Assembly: GCA_951406725.2 (NCBI GenBank) | Contig: OX597829.1 | Location: forward strand, 13,144,001-13,208,000 | Direction: 5' to 3' | Source: Octopus vulgaris | Taxonomy: Eukaryota | Length of the DNA: 64,000 bases | Shown: piece by piece, positions 53,381 through 64,000 of the stretch | How positions within the stretch are numbered: the first letter of the stretch is position 1 | How the letters are laid out: each line of letters starts with the position of its first letter | Position numbers and translations under genes: made by a program | The notes under the pieces: model-generated | Seen by the model: only the letters and a program-made list of their open reading frames with translations | The model's database searches: none | Told to the model about the DNA's origin: nothing

Positions 53381-53963
53381 GTGCAGTGGGGTGATAGTGG
53401 TGGATGGTGGTGGGTGATAGCTCGGATGTTTTTTTCCAGTTCTTTTGCTAGATTCATTATAGCTAAAAAAGAGGAAGAAGTTTCCTGTCTAGGGAACTGT
53501 AGGTGACTGTGGTTGTGGTTATTTTTATATGAGTGGTTATTTCTATATGAGTCGTAGGTTTTTTTGCTTTTATTTTTATTTATATTATCATTTGTCCGAC
53601 GAGTCCCCGGGAGATGGGTAAAGGGGCAATCCCTGTGAAAACACAATCTGTCTCGCTGGGAATAGCGGCAGATTTGAGGATTCCTTGTTTGAGATATTGG
53701 TGGTTGTGGTGGTGTTGTAATAGAGTATGTATTATGGTGGTGGCTGTTGTAGATTGAGGGGATTGAGCGTTTTGTTCCAGGTAAATGGGTGAATTTGCAG
53801 TCTCTATCAGTGCATAATCTATGGCGAAGAGAATATCGGCAAATGGTGGGGTTTCGAGTGGGTGTGTAGGTGCGTGTGTGAGTTGTGAGAGGTATAGATG
53901 ATAGTTTGTTGAGGTTTTGGCGACCTTTGTGATCTGTAGGAGGTAGACTCCTTGAGATAGCAT

Positions 53964-54002
<39 letters not shown>

Positions 54003-54661
54003 GCAGAAGAGATGTTGACAGTGAGGGTGATTGAGGAGGTGGATTCCATGAGATAGCGGTAGACAAAGATGTTTGTGGATCGATAGTGGGTGTAGTACTA
54101 GTAGTAGTAATCAGAGGAGATGATGTTGACAGTGATGATGATTGAGCTGCTGGGGCAATGAAAGGAAGGAGTGGTGCTTCCTGTTGTGTGACCCTGATGA
54201 CTAGGGGGGGGGTCAATCGTTTCGTTTAGCAAATCGGCCATTGTAGATGAATCAAGGAGTGGTTCAGACTGTTGTTGTTGCCGCTGAGGTTGTTGTTGAG
54301 GTTGTTGTTGATGCTGCTGAAGTTGTTGTTGTTGTTGTTGCTGTAGCTGTTGTTGTTGTTGTTGCCGCTGAGTTTGTTGTTCAGGTTGCTGTTGTTGCGC
54401 CGGTGATGCGTTCGAAGAGAAAACACATCTCAGTTTATCGAAGTGTTTATTTATTAATTTAAAAGCAACTTCGATTTGTTTTAATTTATTTTGTATCTGC
54501 TGTTCAGATCGAGTTTGCAAAAGGTGAACTGTTCGTTTAGCAATTTCATTCAGACACGAAGCGCCTATGCTCTCTGTTTGGGTAAGGCAATGCCATGTGT
54601 TGATAAGAACGTCGACTTCATTATCAGACCAGTTTTTGTTGGATTTTTGGTGGCTAGCCAT
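53371..54661 (-). pseudogene. LINE ORF1: Myb/SANT-like N-terminus, poly-Q, S/T/P linker, two CCCH zinc fingers (one frameshift near the G-run at ~54205)
   Basis: NWSDNEVDVLINTW...RSEQQIQNKLKQI; CRYSLRHRLCTDRDCKFTH and CRYSQRDRLCFHRDCPFTH. The stop overlaps the ORF2 start (53371-53380). Confidence 0.72.
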
Positions 54662-54779
54662 TCTGGTGGATATGTTTTATTAAATTTTATTTTGTTCGTT
54701 TGTTTCGTTGATTATTATTATTATTATTTTTTGTTAAGGAATATATATATTCATTTATTTATAAACAAGGGCACAAAAT

Positions 54780-54945
54780 AGTACCAGCATTGCTAGAAAC
54801 AAGAGTCAAAGACGACTCAAAAAGTTAATGCTTTTAGTGGTATTTTGAGTCGTTTTTAACACTTGTTTCAGGCAATGCTGGTACTAATTTTTACTGTTGC
54901 TTATAAAGTCGCCTTTAGGCTGGAATTACTGACGGGTCACCTGTA
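54780..54945. mobile_element. MITE-like fragment with an internal ~107-bp hairpin (54780-54886); related sequence at 55390-55470
   Basis: tagtaccagcattgc..gaaacaag..gactcaaaa / ttttgagtc..cttgtttc..gcaatgctggtacta. Ends in ..cacctg-TA, a Tc1/mariner-like terminus. Confidence 0.55.
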
Positions 54946-54958
54946 TTATTTATACTAT

Positions 54959-55189
54959 GCAAGTCGGCGAGCAGGCAAAAACGTTAGCACACCGGGCGAA
55001 ATGCTTAGCGGTATTTCGTCTGTCTTTACGTTCTGAGTTCAAATTCCGCCGAAGTCGACTTTGCCTTTCATCCTTTCGGGGTGGATTATATAAGTACCAG
55101 TTACGCACTGAGGTCGATATAATCAACTTAATCCCTTTGTCCTTGTTTGTCCCTTCTGCGTTTAGCCCCTTGTGCGCAGTAAAGAAATA
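54959..55189 (+). mobile_element. Full-length SINE with a 17-bp target-site duplication
   Basis: TSD tgtattatttatactat at 54942-54958 and 55190-55206; B-box-like gagttcaaattcc. Confidence 0.88.
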
Positions 55190-55474
55190 TGTATTATTTA
55201 TACTATACACCTTTACCGTTTCAAATTAGCGCACGCCTTGAACGGTTTTACTCATGATTTGACGAGGCGAGTTATGCGACAATGATTCAAAGTTCGAAAT
55301 CGCGTGAAATGGATATATCTGCTACGTTTTGCGTGAGTTTGTCTCACTAAGGTAAGGAGCTTTCTCGCTTCCTCTCTTTCGTCAAATTATTGAGTTAATG
55401 CTTTTCGTGACATTTTGAGTCGTGAGTCGTCGCCTTTAGGTTTCAATTGCTAACGGGTCATCTGTATCCTTTCT

Positions 55475-56750
55475 AGCTTTAATCAATTAGGACTTAAAAT
55501 TACAGTAGCAACTAATCTTTCTATAGTTGATTGTTTAGCTGCTGCCCTAGATTTAAACATTACCATAAGCCTAATTGGAAACTCGCATGTATACAGAAAC
55601 AGTCTTGTCACCCTCCTGTAATATTTAGAATCCTGATAGCAAATATTAGTAACAGAGCGTTTAACCTCTCTTCTTCCAAAGAAGTTTTCGACAAAATTAC
55701 CCCCTATTATAACAAGGCTCTAGCCACTAGTGGCTGAAAATATAATTTAATATATGATCTCTCTAATATTAATCAAAATATTAATAATAGATCTAATAGC
55801 ATCAAATATAAAGTAGTACAAAACCTAAAAATAGGTGAACGAAAATTATTTGGTTCGCCTCTTAATTTTTGCTTAATATAAAAACTAACATAGGTAAAAG
55901 ATCATGTCTCTCAAAGACAAACACTTTCCAGCCACTCACAGATAGTGGAAAATATTTAATAGGTGATCTGTGAAATTATCATATATATACTGCCCCAATA
56001 CGAAGAGTATCGTTTCATGTGGTCAATATTAAGAGCCTGAATTACAGTTGCAACTGTCGCGACCCATGATCCTGTCCCCTTGAATAACAATGTATGACTA
56101 AATCTATCATGTATGAGGCAACCCTAAATGCAATTGATAAAAATACCTATTTTGAATTATGTGAAGGAGAATTTAAAAATCGCTATGCCAATCGCATAAC
56201 CTCTTTCCGAAACAGGGACAAAAGTAAAGCTACTAAGTTGGTTATCCACGTATGGACTTTGAAAGATAACGAAACACCAATGGAAAGTAATTGAGAAATC
56301 CATACCAAATGTGAATGGATGAAATAAATGTGGACTTTGTTGGGCTGAAAGAGCGTAGATCCTGTTCAGAGATAAAATCCCTCATTCTCTATTGAACTCC
56401 AGGTCAGAAATTTTCAGTCGTTGCATGCATATATATAAATATATTTTGTGAGAATTGGAAAATTCCGCCTATTCCTGAATGCCTAGATATCTTTCCAGCC
56501 TTATCATTTAAGATCTAAGGAGGATAGCTCTATTACATTTTTACTTTATATTTTTTACAGTTTAGTTTTTATTTTTCGTTTATCCGTTGTTTACTGCCTG
56601 CATTTTCTATATGCTGCCTTCTCAATTCTTTCCTCAATTTCTTTACTTCGTTATGATATGTTGTTTGCGCCTGAAGAATATATTTCAGTTTCCTCAACAT
56701 ATAAAACTATTAGTAGCGCTTTAATACATACATTACGACCTTTAAATAAA
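55475..56750 (+). mobile_element. Penelope-like element 3' half (RT thumb, CxCx5C linker, GIY-YIG region, 3' pLTR); Naiad-like
   Basis: YHKPN..QSCHPP..NLSSSKEVF..YNKALATSG; RKLFGSP/IIWF-like segment; CNCRDP*SCPL; IMYEAT..YFELCEGEFKNRYAN..SF..VWTLKD; LNSRSEI..C.H. Many stops. Confidence 0.82.
56667..56719 (+). ncRNA. Inactivated hammerhead in the PLE 3' repeat (G12 changed to A)
   Basis: GCGC-CUGAAGA-AUAU..AUAU-AAAAC-U(AUU)A-GUA^GCGC, at the expected pLTR position downstream of the ORF. Confidence 0.7.
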
Positions 56751-56858
56751 TAATATTTATCTCTCACCAGATGGAGTACTCTTTTTGTTTAATTTTCTAT
56801 CACGGATCAGTACATTATACATAGATACATACATATGCTTACATACACATATATATAA

Positions 56859-56919
<61 letters not shown>

Positions 56920-57047
56920 CATATATATATATATATATATACATACATACATACATACATACATACATACATACATACATACATACATACAACGGTCATC
57001 TTAAGGATATATCATGCGCGGGGACATAGAAATAATCGGACTAAATA

Positions 57048-57071
57048 CCCTAACCCTAACCCTAACCCTAA
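57048..57071 (-). repeat. Short interstitial telomeric tract (TTAGGG)4
   Basis: (CCCTAA)4 on the plus strand. Confidence 0.85.
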
Positions 57072-57083
57072 CATACATATATA

Positions 57084-57119
<36 letters not shown>

Positions 57120-57145
57120 TGTATGTATGTATGTGTTTGTGTGAG

Positions 57146-57600
57146 GTCACTTTCGAGTGCTACTGTTAACATGTAACCCAGTACAACCTGTTGCATGGTC
57201 GGGCCATCGGCGACTAAACCGGCAAACCCACCAAGCTTGCTTGGTGAGGAGGGTGTTTATTGGACACCCTGCGGGATGGAAAACAAAACCCGTCAAAGGG
57301 CGGAGGAACTCTTGAGAGTCAACGGTCATCTTAAGGATATATCATGCGCGGGGACATAGAAATAATCGGACTAAATACCCGATCGCGCAGTTAAACCATT
57401 GGTAGTGAAGGACTCCTAGACTTTGTTAGGGCATCCTTCAAGGAGAAGGTAACTCAGGTAACTGGGATAACACCGTCATAAAACCTGCGGCCCAGTGGTT
57501 ACCGATGATGTCGACTTGTCCTTCTTTTCGGATTATGGCTGCTGTTGCTTAGTGAGTGGGATTGACTCAGTGCACAGCCTTTCCTCACTTTAAAAAAAAA
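57146..57600 (+). mobile_element. GC-richer non-coding interspersed repeat with an A-tail (possibly RTE-UTR-derived or SINE-like)
   Basis: Abrupt composition change and terminal A9. Its segment 57320-57380 is duplicated at 56990-57050. Family assignment is tentative. Confidence 0.45.
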
Positions 57601-58184
57601 TCTTCTTTCACGGGCATTGTACGATAACAACATTGTTCATGATTGTTGATGGTGCTGTGAGTCTCAACTGAATGGCTGGCTGTAACCTTAAAAAGTAAAT
57701 AAAAGTCACATTCGATCACAGCACCAGTAACAGTTGAGCTTCGTGCAATGGCCATACTCGATAACGAGGGGGCAGCCATCATGTATAATGTACTGATCCG
57801 TGACAGAAAATAAAACAAAATGAGTACTCCATGTGGTGAGAGATAAATACATCGGTAGCATCTAAACACAATTTTTTTCTCTCCTTGTTTTTTTCTGTGT
57901 TCCTTTCTGTGGAAGAGCGTAGCCTCGAAACGTTAAAGACTTTTTCAATTTCCGAGCGTTATACTAATACATCTGTTTGTTTTCTTCGTCTTTTGTTTAT
58001 TCGGAATTCTCCCCCTATATATATATATTTATAATTTCTAGTGCCAAATATGCCGAAACTAGACACTTTGGACTGGAGAATTTCTATTTTGAATATATTT
58101 GAGGTACTTAGTTGTGGTCATGGCTTTGTGTTTGCTTCTGCCGTGGGTGGGTATAGGTAAGTATTTCACTTATTTCTTTGCCGC

Positions 58185-58249
58185 ATTTATCACTGACGAA
58201 GAGAAGGTTCTTATGAATTAACTCTGAAATCGGGTCCGATATGGTAATA
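58185..58249 (+). ncRNA. Type I hammerhead ribozyme
   Basis: UUAUCA-CUGACGA-AGAG..CUCU-GAAA-UCGG(GU)CCGA-UA^UGGUAA. Compensatory changes relative to the 39851 copy in stems I, II and III. Confidence 0.88.
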
Positions 58250-58496
58250 ACGGAATTTTTAGAAATTTCTGTCGGCTTTCTTCGACACACATGCTTATAG
58301 TCCTACATTAGATATAAATTTAAGTGTTCACTTCCGGACTCTCTCACACGGTGGGAGCCTCACTTCAAATCGCACGTATCTTGAATGGGCTGGAGTATTT
58401 CTATTTTGGATGCATTTGGGGCACTTAATTGTACTGATGACTTAGTGTTTGCTTATTCCATGGGTATGAGTAAGTATCTCATTTATTTCTTTGCCA

Positions 58497-58560
58497 CATT
58501 TATCACTGACGAAGGGAGGGTTCTTATGAACTAACTCTGAAATCAGTCCGATATTGTAAT
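58497..58560 (+). ncRNA. Type I hammerhead, partly degenerate copy
   Basis: Core CUGACGA/GAAA/AUA is intact. Stem III is shortened and stem I has one mismatch. Confidence 0.62.
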
Positions 58561-58779
58561 AATGGAATTTTTTAGAAATTTCTGTCGACCTTTTTTCGAG
58601 TAGCGTGCGTATTGTGAAAATTTATATGGTTATGGACAATATGTCCAATTTCGGCATATTTTGCATTAGAAATTTTTTCGTTTATTTATAAGTTGTTTAT
58701 AAATTTAACCTTTAAAGGTATTTTTTTAATATGCTAGCCATTGATAAAATTGTTTTTCGAAAAAATGTTATCCTACATT

Positions 58780-58846
<67 letters not shown>

Positions 58847-58964
58847 ACAAAGAATATCTTGTCGTATACGTTACACGCAAACATTGAAATAACACTAACA
58901 TCTCATTGTAACTGATATATTTTCCACAATTACATAAAAATATCTTGAAATACTAAAAGTAAAT

Positions 58965-59310
58965 TTATTCAATAAAATCGCCCATTGGCTTCAATCATGG
59001 CCTCAAGGCATCTTCAGAATCTCTTACAATTCTTCTGGGTGGTCTCCCTCTCTAAGTTGGTGAATGCTACCATAATCCTTCCCTTCAGTTCATCTTCGGT
59101 GTTACAAGGCGTTTTGATGGTTTCTCGCTCAACTGCGATCCACACATAATAATCAAGGGGGTTGCATTCTGGGGAGTTAGGCTGTCAAATGTTAGGGGTG
59201 TTGTGGTTGTAGTAATTGCCTGACAACCATGAGTGGTTTCTCTTGTTTCTGTGGCATGGTGCAGAGTCCTATTGCCAGACATACGGTCTTCCAGCAGCCA
59301 CCCTCTTGAC
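58965..59310 (-). pseudogene. Tc1/mariner-superfamily DD37D (maT) transposase C-terminal fragment
   Basis: YVWQ*DSAPCH...TPNI*QPNSPECNPLDYYVW...LEAMIEANG. I count 37 residues between the last two catalytic Asp. Confidence 0.85.
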
Positions 59311-59350
59311 TATCTATCTATCTATCTATCTATTATGATCTATTATGTAT

Positions 59351-59391
<41 letters not shown>

Positions 59392-59454
59392 GGTCCCGGG
59401 TTGAGTCGGGGTTAACCACCGTAAATAAGGTACTCAATACATAGCAGAGTAAAT

Positions 59455-59543
59455 TAATTTATTTTATAGAAGGAGCTTCTACAGGACTAGAACTGTTTCA
59501 TTTGAATGAAACAGTTCTAGTCCTGTAGAAGCTCCTTCTATAA

Positions 59544-59552
<9 letters not shown>
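59455..59552. repeat. Perfect palindrome (48-bp arms, 2-nt loop)
   Basis: taatttattttatagaaggagcttctacaggactagaactgtttcatt-tg-(exact reverse complement). Confidence 0.95.
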
Positions 59553-59635
<83 letters not shown>

Positions 59636-60343
59636 GCGTGTATTTATCTATATATATGTATGTATATATACATATATATATGTATTTATATATATATCTC
59701 TATATATAAAACTGAAATGCGTTTTTACCGCTTGGATGGCTTTCAATGCCACTACATCCCGTCCGATTCGCTCCAAAATTTACAGGGACATGTAGAATGA
59801 GGTGACGATGCGCGTGGGCTACCTTAGAAATCTCTATCTTAAAATGTGTGGTTGCTAGGGGCCATCTTCCTACCTCACCCTATTTCCTCCAGTACTCTGT
59901 CACTCCTCTTCATAACTTTCAGAAGTCCACTACGGTTATTTAAAGTATCTGTCACTATCGCTATTTCCTTTCTTTTTCACTGACTCTGTTTCCTACCTTC
60001 CTATCACTTCGGCGGCGTTCTTTTAAGTATATGTCTGTCACCAACAAACAACACACGAGCATGAGAACAAATATTATAAATAAGATATTCTTGCGTTCAT
60101 TTATGTGTGTGTGTGTGTGTGTGTGTGTTCTATATATAAATATTTATATATAATGTATGTGTGTGTGTGTGTGTTCTATATATAAATATGTATATATAAT
60201 GTATATATACAAAGTGTATATATCTGTATTTATGTATATTAAACTTTTTCATAGTTATATATATTTTTAAACAAATTATAAATATAATTTAATAATTTTT
60301 ATTTTCAATTTAAATAATTTAAAGTTTTCAATTTTATATTTTA

Positions 60344-61527
60344 CTAGCAGTATCGCCCGGCGTTGCTCGAGTTTGTAAGGGAAATAACAAAAATAGCAAA
60401 AAATGCATTAAAAATGGAATAAAAAATTATAGTAAATTTTTTTTTAAATCGTTGACTCATCGTAGACATTTTTAGAGAGTTACTTCCCTTATATAATAGC
60501 GAAAAATGCATTAAAATGGAATAAAAAATGATGGTAATTTTTTTTTAAATCGTTGACTCATCGTAGACATATTTAGAGAGAGTTACTTCCCTTATATAAT
60601 AGCGAAAAATGCATTAAAATGGAATAAAAAATGATGGTAATTTTTTTTTAATCGTTGACTCATCGTAGACATTTTTAGAGAGTTACTTTCCTTATATAAT
60701 TGCGAAAAATGCATTAAAATGGAATAAAAAATGATGGTAAATTTTTTTTAATCGTTGACTCATCGTAGACATTTTTAGAGAGTTACTTTCCTTATATAAT
60801 TGCGAAAAATGCATTAAAATGGAATAAAAAATGATGGTAAATTATTTTTTAAATCGTAGACTCATCGTAGACGCGCGCTAATACCCAGAAGGGCTCGATA
60901 TGAATCACGACTATAAGATACCCGGTTTTGGTTACACTGCACAGCAATATGTGGGAGTAGTTAGGAATCTAAATCGTAGGAGACAGACACACAACCTTAC
61001 TTTTATATATAAAAATTTGTGCAACAACTAAAACATTCGGTTGTGCAAATTGTTTGCCCAGGAAACCTGCCCTGTGTGGCGGTTTTTGCCGTTTTTGTGG
61101 ATCCGTTTCAGCTTTTTTAGCGATTTCTGTTTTGGCGACTTCAAGCCATGAAGTCGTTGTTCTAAAAGAACGCTGGTCTCCTTGACAACGCATTACGACG
61201 TTGATTTCCTTACACTCCCTTCCCCACAGCTTCACGAGGGAGGGAAGAAGGGGGAGAAGCAACACAGGTGCAGGCGTGAGCGTGCACGCCAACTCCGCCG
61301 CCATCGACACACGAAAAAATATGCATTAAAATGGAATAAAAAATGATGTTAAATTATTTTTAAAATCGTAGACTCAGCGTAGACGCGCGCTAATACCCAG
61401 ACGGGCTCGATATGAATCACGACTATAAGATACCCGAATTTGGTTAAACTGCATCGCAAAATGTGGGAGTAGTTAGGAATCTAAATCGAAGGGGACACAC
61501 ACACAACTACAGTTTTATATATATAGA
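60344..61527 (-). mobile_element. Non-autonomous Helitron with internal ~100-bp tandem repeats
   Basis: Minus strand: A|TCTATATATATAAAA 5' end (61527); GC-rich hairpin followed by CTAG|T at the 3' end (60344); about five copies of a ~100-bp unit (60400-60870); duplicated 5' module (60810-61010 vs 61315-61525). Confidence 0.8.
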
Positions 61528-61668
61528 TATATTTTCTATGTTATATTTTCTTTTTTTATGTTTTTGTTTTTGGTTTTTCACTGTTTGATTTGCCTATTAG
61601 TGGTTTTATCTCTAATTTAATTTATACAGATATATATCTCATTTGTATACATTTGTATATATAATGCG

Positions 61669-61716
<48 letters not shown>

Positions 61717-61719
61717 CAC

Positions 61720-62900
61720 ATATATATATAATGTGTGGATTACGTAGTCGGTCGATTCAGCTCAAAATATGCACACCTATGTTAACGATGCTGACAAGTT
61801 TGCATGACAACTATTTTGTTCCTCAAATGAAAGGCGTCACCTCCAGGACAAAATTCCTCATCTTATAAAATGTGGCCCCAGTAGACCCGAATGAAATCGG
61901 GTTATATTAACCAAAATGTGAAAAGGGGTCTAAATGGGGCTGGAAGGGGATTAAAATTTCAAGGAGCGGCTGTTTAGGAATTCTCTGTTACATCAAGCTA
62001 AAAAATTTGTGCCAGCCTTTTAATCGTCAATGTGTTGCCGTCCATGATAAAGAAGTTTTGAATGCTTACCATGGTGAGTCTACTTTCGTGAGAAAGAATC
62101 GCTTCAAAACTTGGTGTTTACGAATTTTCTTTTACATCAAGTTCCAAATGTTACGCCAGCCGTTAAACTGTCACTACGTTGCTGTCCGTCGTTAACAAAT
62201 GCCAGCCATGGTGACTCTACTATCCTCAGATGCTATCCCTTCAAACTTTGGTTTCCAATATTTTATTATTTTTATTCAGCTCGCAAGTTCGTCTGTCCCT
62301 TTTAAATGTTAGCGTTTTGCTGTCTGCCTTGAAGCAGACCTTTCCATTGCCACTGCCTCATATTTCTAAATGATCTTTCTAAATATTTTATTTCTCAACT
62401 TACTCAAGATCTTCTGTTGGAGAGAGATAGATAAAGATAGAGAGTAAGAGAAAGCGAGGGAGAGTCCGAGAGAAAGGAAAAGTAAGAGAGTGGGAAAGTG
62501 AGAGAGAAACAAATACGGAGAATCATCATCATCATCATAGTTTAACGTCCGTTTTCCGTGCTAGCACGGGTTCGGCAGTGTGACCGGGGTCTCGGAAGCC
62601 AGGAGGCTGCACCAGGCTCCAGTCTGATCTGGCAGTGTTTCTACAGGTGGATGACCTTCCTAACGCCAACCACTCTGTGAGTGTAGTGAGTACTTTTTTC
62701 GTGCCGCCGGCACTGGTGCCAGGGGTTCTCGCAGTGGCAACGATCGGTTGGTGCTTTTTACGTGCCACCGGCACAGAAGCAAGTCAAGGCGGTGCTGCAA
62801 TCGGCCACGTTCGGATGGTGCTTTTTACGTGCTGAAAGGAAGCAACAAAAAGTAACACCCACACTCTTACCCGCGCGTAGAGCGGGTCACCTTCAGCTAG
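61720..62900 (+). mobile_element. Helitron-like element (3' end clear; 5' boundary uncertain, possibly the TC start at ~59697)
   Basis: acccgc-gcgtaga-gcgggt hairpin followed by CTAG|T at 62897-62901. Confidence 0.6.
62523..62835 (-). mobile_element. SINE/RTE-tail-like repeat ending in (GAT)n
   Basis: (ATC)n-tagtttaacgtccgttttcc..ttcctaacgccaaccac..tgctttttacgtgccaccggcac with internal repeats. Confidence 0.6.
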
Positions 62901-62979
62901 TATATATATATATATATATATACAGATATGCATATATATATATATATAAATATAAATATATATATAAATATATATATAA

Positions 62980-63024
<45 letters not shown>

Positions 63025-63027
63025 TAA

Positions 63028-63099
<72 letters not shown>

Positions 63100-63774
63100 A
63101 ACATACATACACTCATATACATATTCTTGCATGTTCTACTTGTTTCAGTCATTGGTCATCATGGCGATGTTCAGCATGGTCACAGTCTAATGACTGAAAC
63201 AGAGAAAAGATAAAAGATAAAAAGATATCACATACTCAAACGCACACACATACACACAAACATACAAACACAGACACTCACAGACAGACACACACATACA
63301 TACACACACACATATCTATATATTCATATATACATACTTGCATACACACTTTTAATGGACGATCAATAGAAAAATGCCACACCCTTGAAGAGTGTGTGAG
63401 TCTGTAGCACCAGTAACCACAGGCTTTCTTTCAGAAGCACTGATGTCAGCTTTTAATCTTTAAAAACTTTAATGATGTAACAATATATAACACAGATCAT
63501 AATTGACGGTGTATGGGTTTTGCTCGTCGTTTTACTTGTAAGTCGACACGGAGTAGAAGACAATAAAGATAAGTATATGCTAATATACACACGTGCACGT
63601 GTACTCCCTCACCTCATAGTTGTGTGCACGTGTATAAGCTATTTTGTACCATTCACATGCGAATAAATGTTAATTATTGATCAGTTTTAAAGCACAAAAA
63701 CATGCATGCATGTGCACAAAAGTGCATATATATATATATATATATATGCATGCATAGATTTATATATGTGTGTT

Positions 63775-63819
<45 letters not shown>

Positions 63820-64000
63820 GTGTGTGTGTGTGCGTGCCAAAAAATAACTTATTATTAGTTTCAGAAACAAAATAGGGATTACAATAAAAAAATATCTAAT
63901 AAACACATTATCGACCACACATGTTTTAAACACAAGCCCCTTCGTGTTTGACGCGGTGTAGAATACTTTTTCAAAGCGTCGGTTGTTAAAACAACTGAAT

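Larger units (their letters stand above)
50355..54760 (-). mobile_element. Near full-length CR1-group (APE-RT) LINE, frameshifted; 3' end runs into (TA)n
   Basis: APE motifs LTETHL, GLYRPP, MGDFNLP..DW, LDLIF, SDH; RT motifs YLDFSKAFDRVDH, SGVPQGTVLGPLLFIIYIND, FADDSKL; C-terminal RPHLEYCCPLWSPY. Confidence 0.92.
58030..58782 (+). mobile_element. Tandem hammerhead-containing repeat (same family as 39722-40475) between (TA)n tracts
   Basis: Shared blocks (tcctacattagat, gtgttcacttccggactctctcac, aatttaacctttaaaggtattttt) and two hammerheads about 312 bp apart. Confidence 0.82.

Noticed and set aside
56041-56095. In-frame TGA in the PLE Cys-rich linker as selenocysteine (reported for some Naiads)
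   Set aside because: The TGA is not at a Cys position of CxCx5C, the copy has many TAA/TAG stops, and I recognised no SECIS.

Overview
AT-rich, repeat-saturated eukaryotic DNA with no intact host protein-coding gene that I can identify. The SINE families, (TA)n/(TAA)n/(CA)n load and a TTAGGG tract suggest a coleoid cephalopod, probably Octopus (inference from recalled repeat consensi, not a database hit). Layout: (1) 1-8.3 kb: a decayed hAT/Charlie transposase, then a same-strand train of about five different R4/Dong-type restriction-like-endonuclease retrotransposon fragments, mostly separated by (TAA)n. (2) ~8.36-36.6 kb: a 28-kb, 21-bp satellite (GGTGTGATGTATGGTAGTGCT) with kb-scale higher-order duplications; it produces most of the long ORFs. 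(3) 37-64 kb: a TE mosaic with a near full-length CR1-group LINE whose ORF1 has Myb/SANT-like and tandem CCCH motifs, an internally deleted Tx1/L1, a Penelope-like (Naiad-like) remnant, a DD37D maT remnant, Helitrons and SINEs. The strongest signal no ORF track shows is a set of type I hammerhead ribozyme motifs from several repeat families, mostly sitting in (TA)n tracts. One family occurs as tandem dimers at two loci (39.7-40.5 kb minus, 58.0-58.8 kb plus) with compensatory changes in all three stems, which makes it a candidate cephalopod non-LTR retrozyme/circRNA family.
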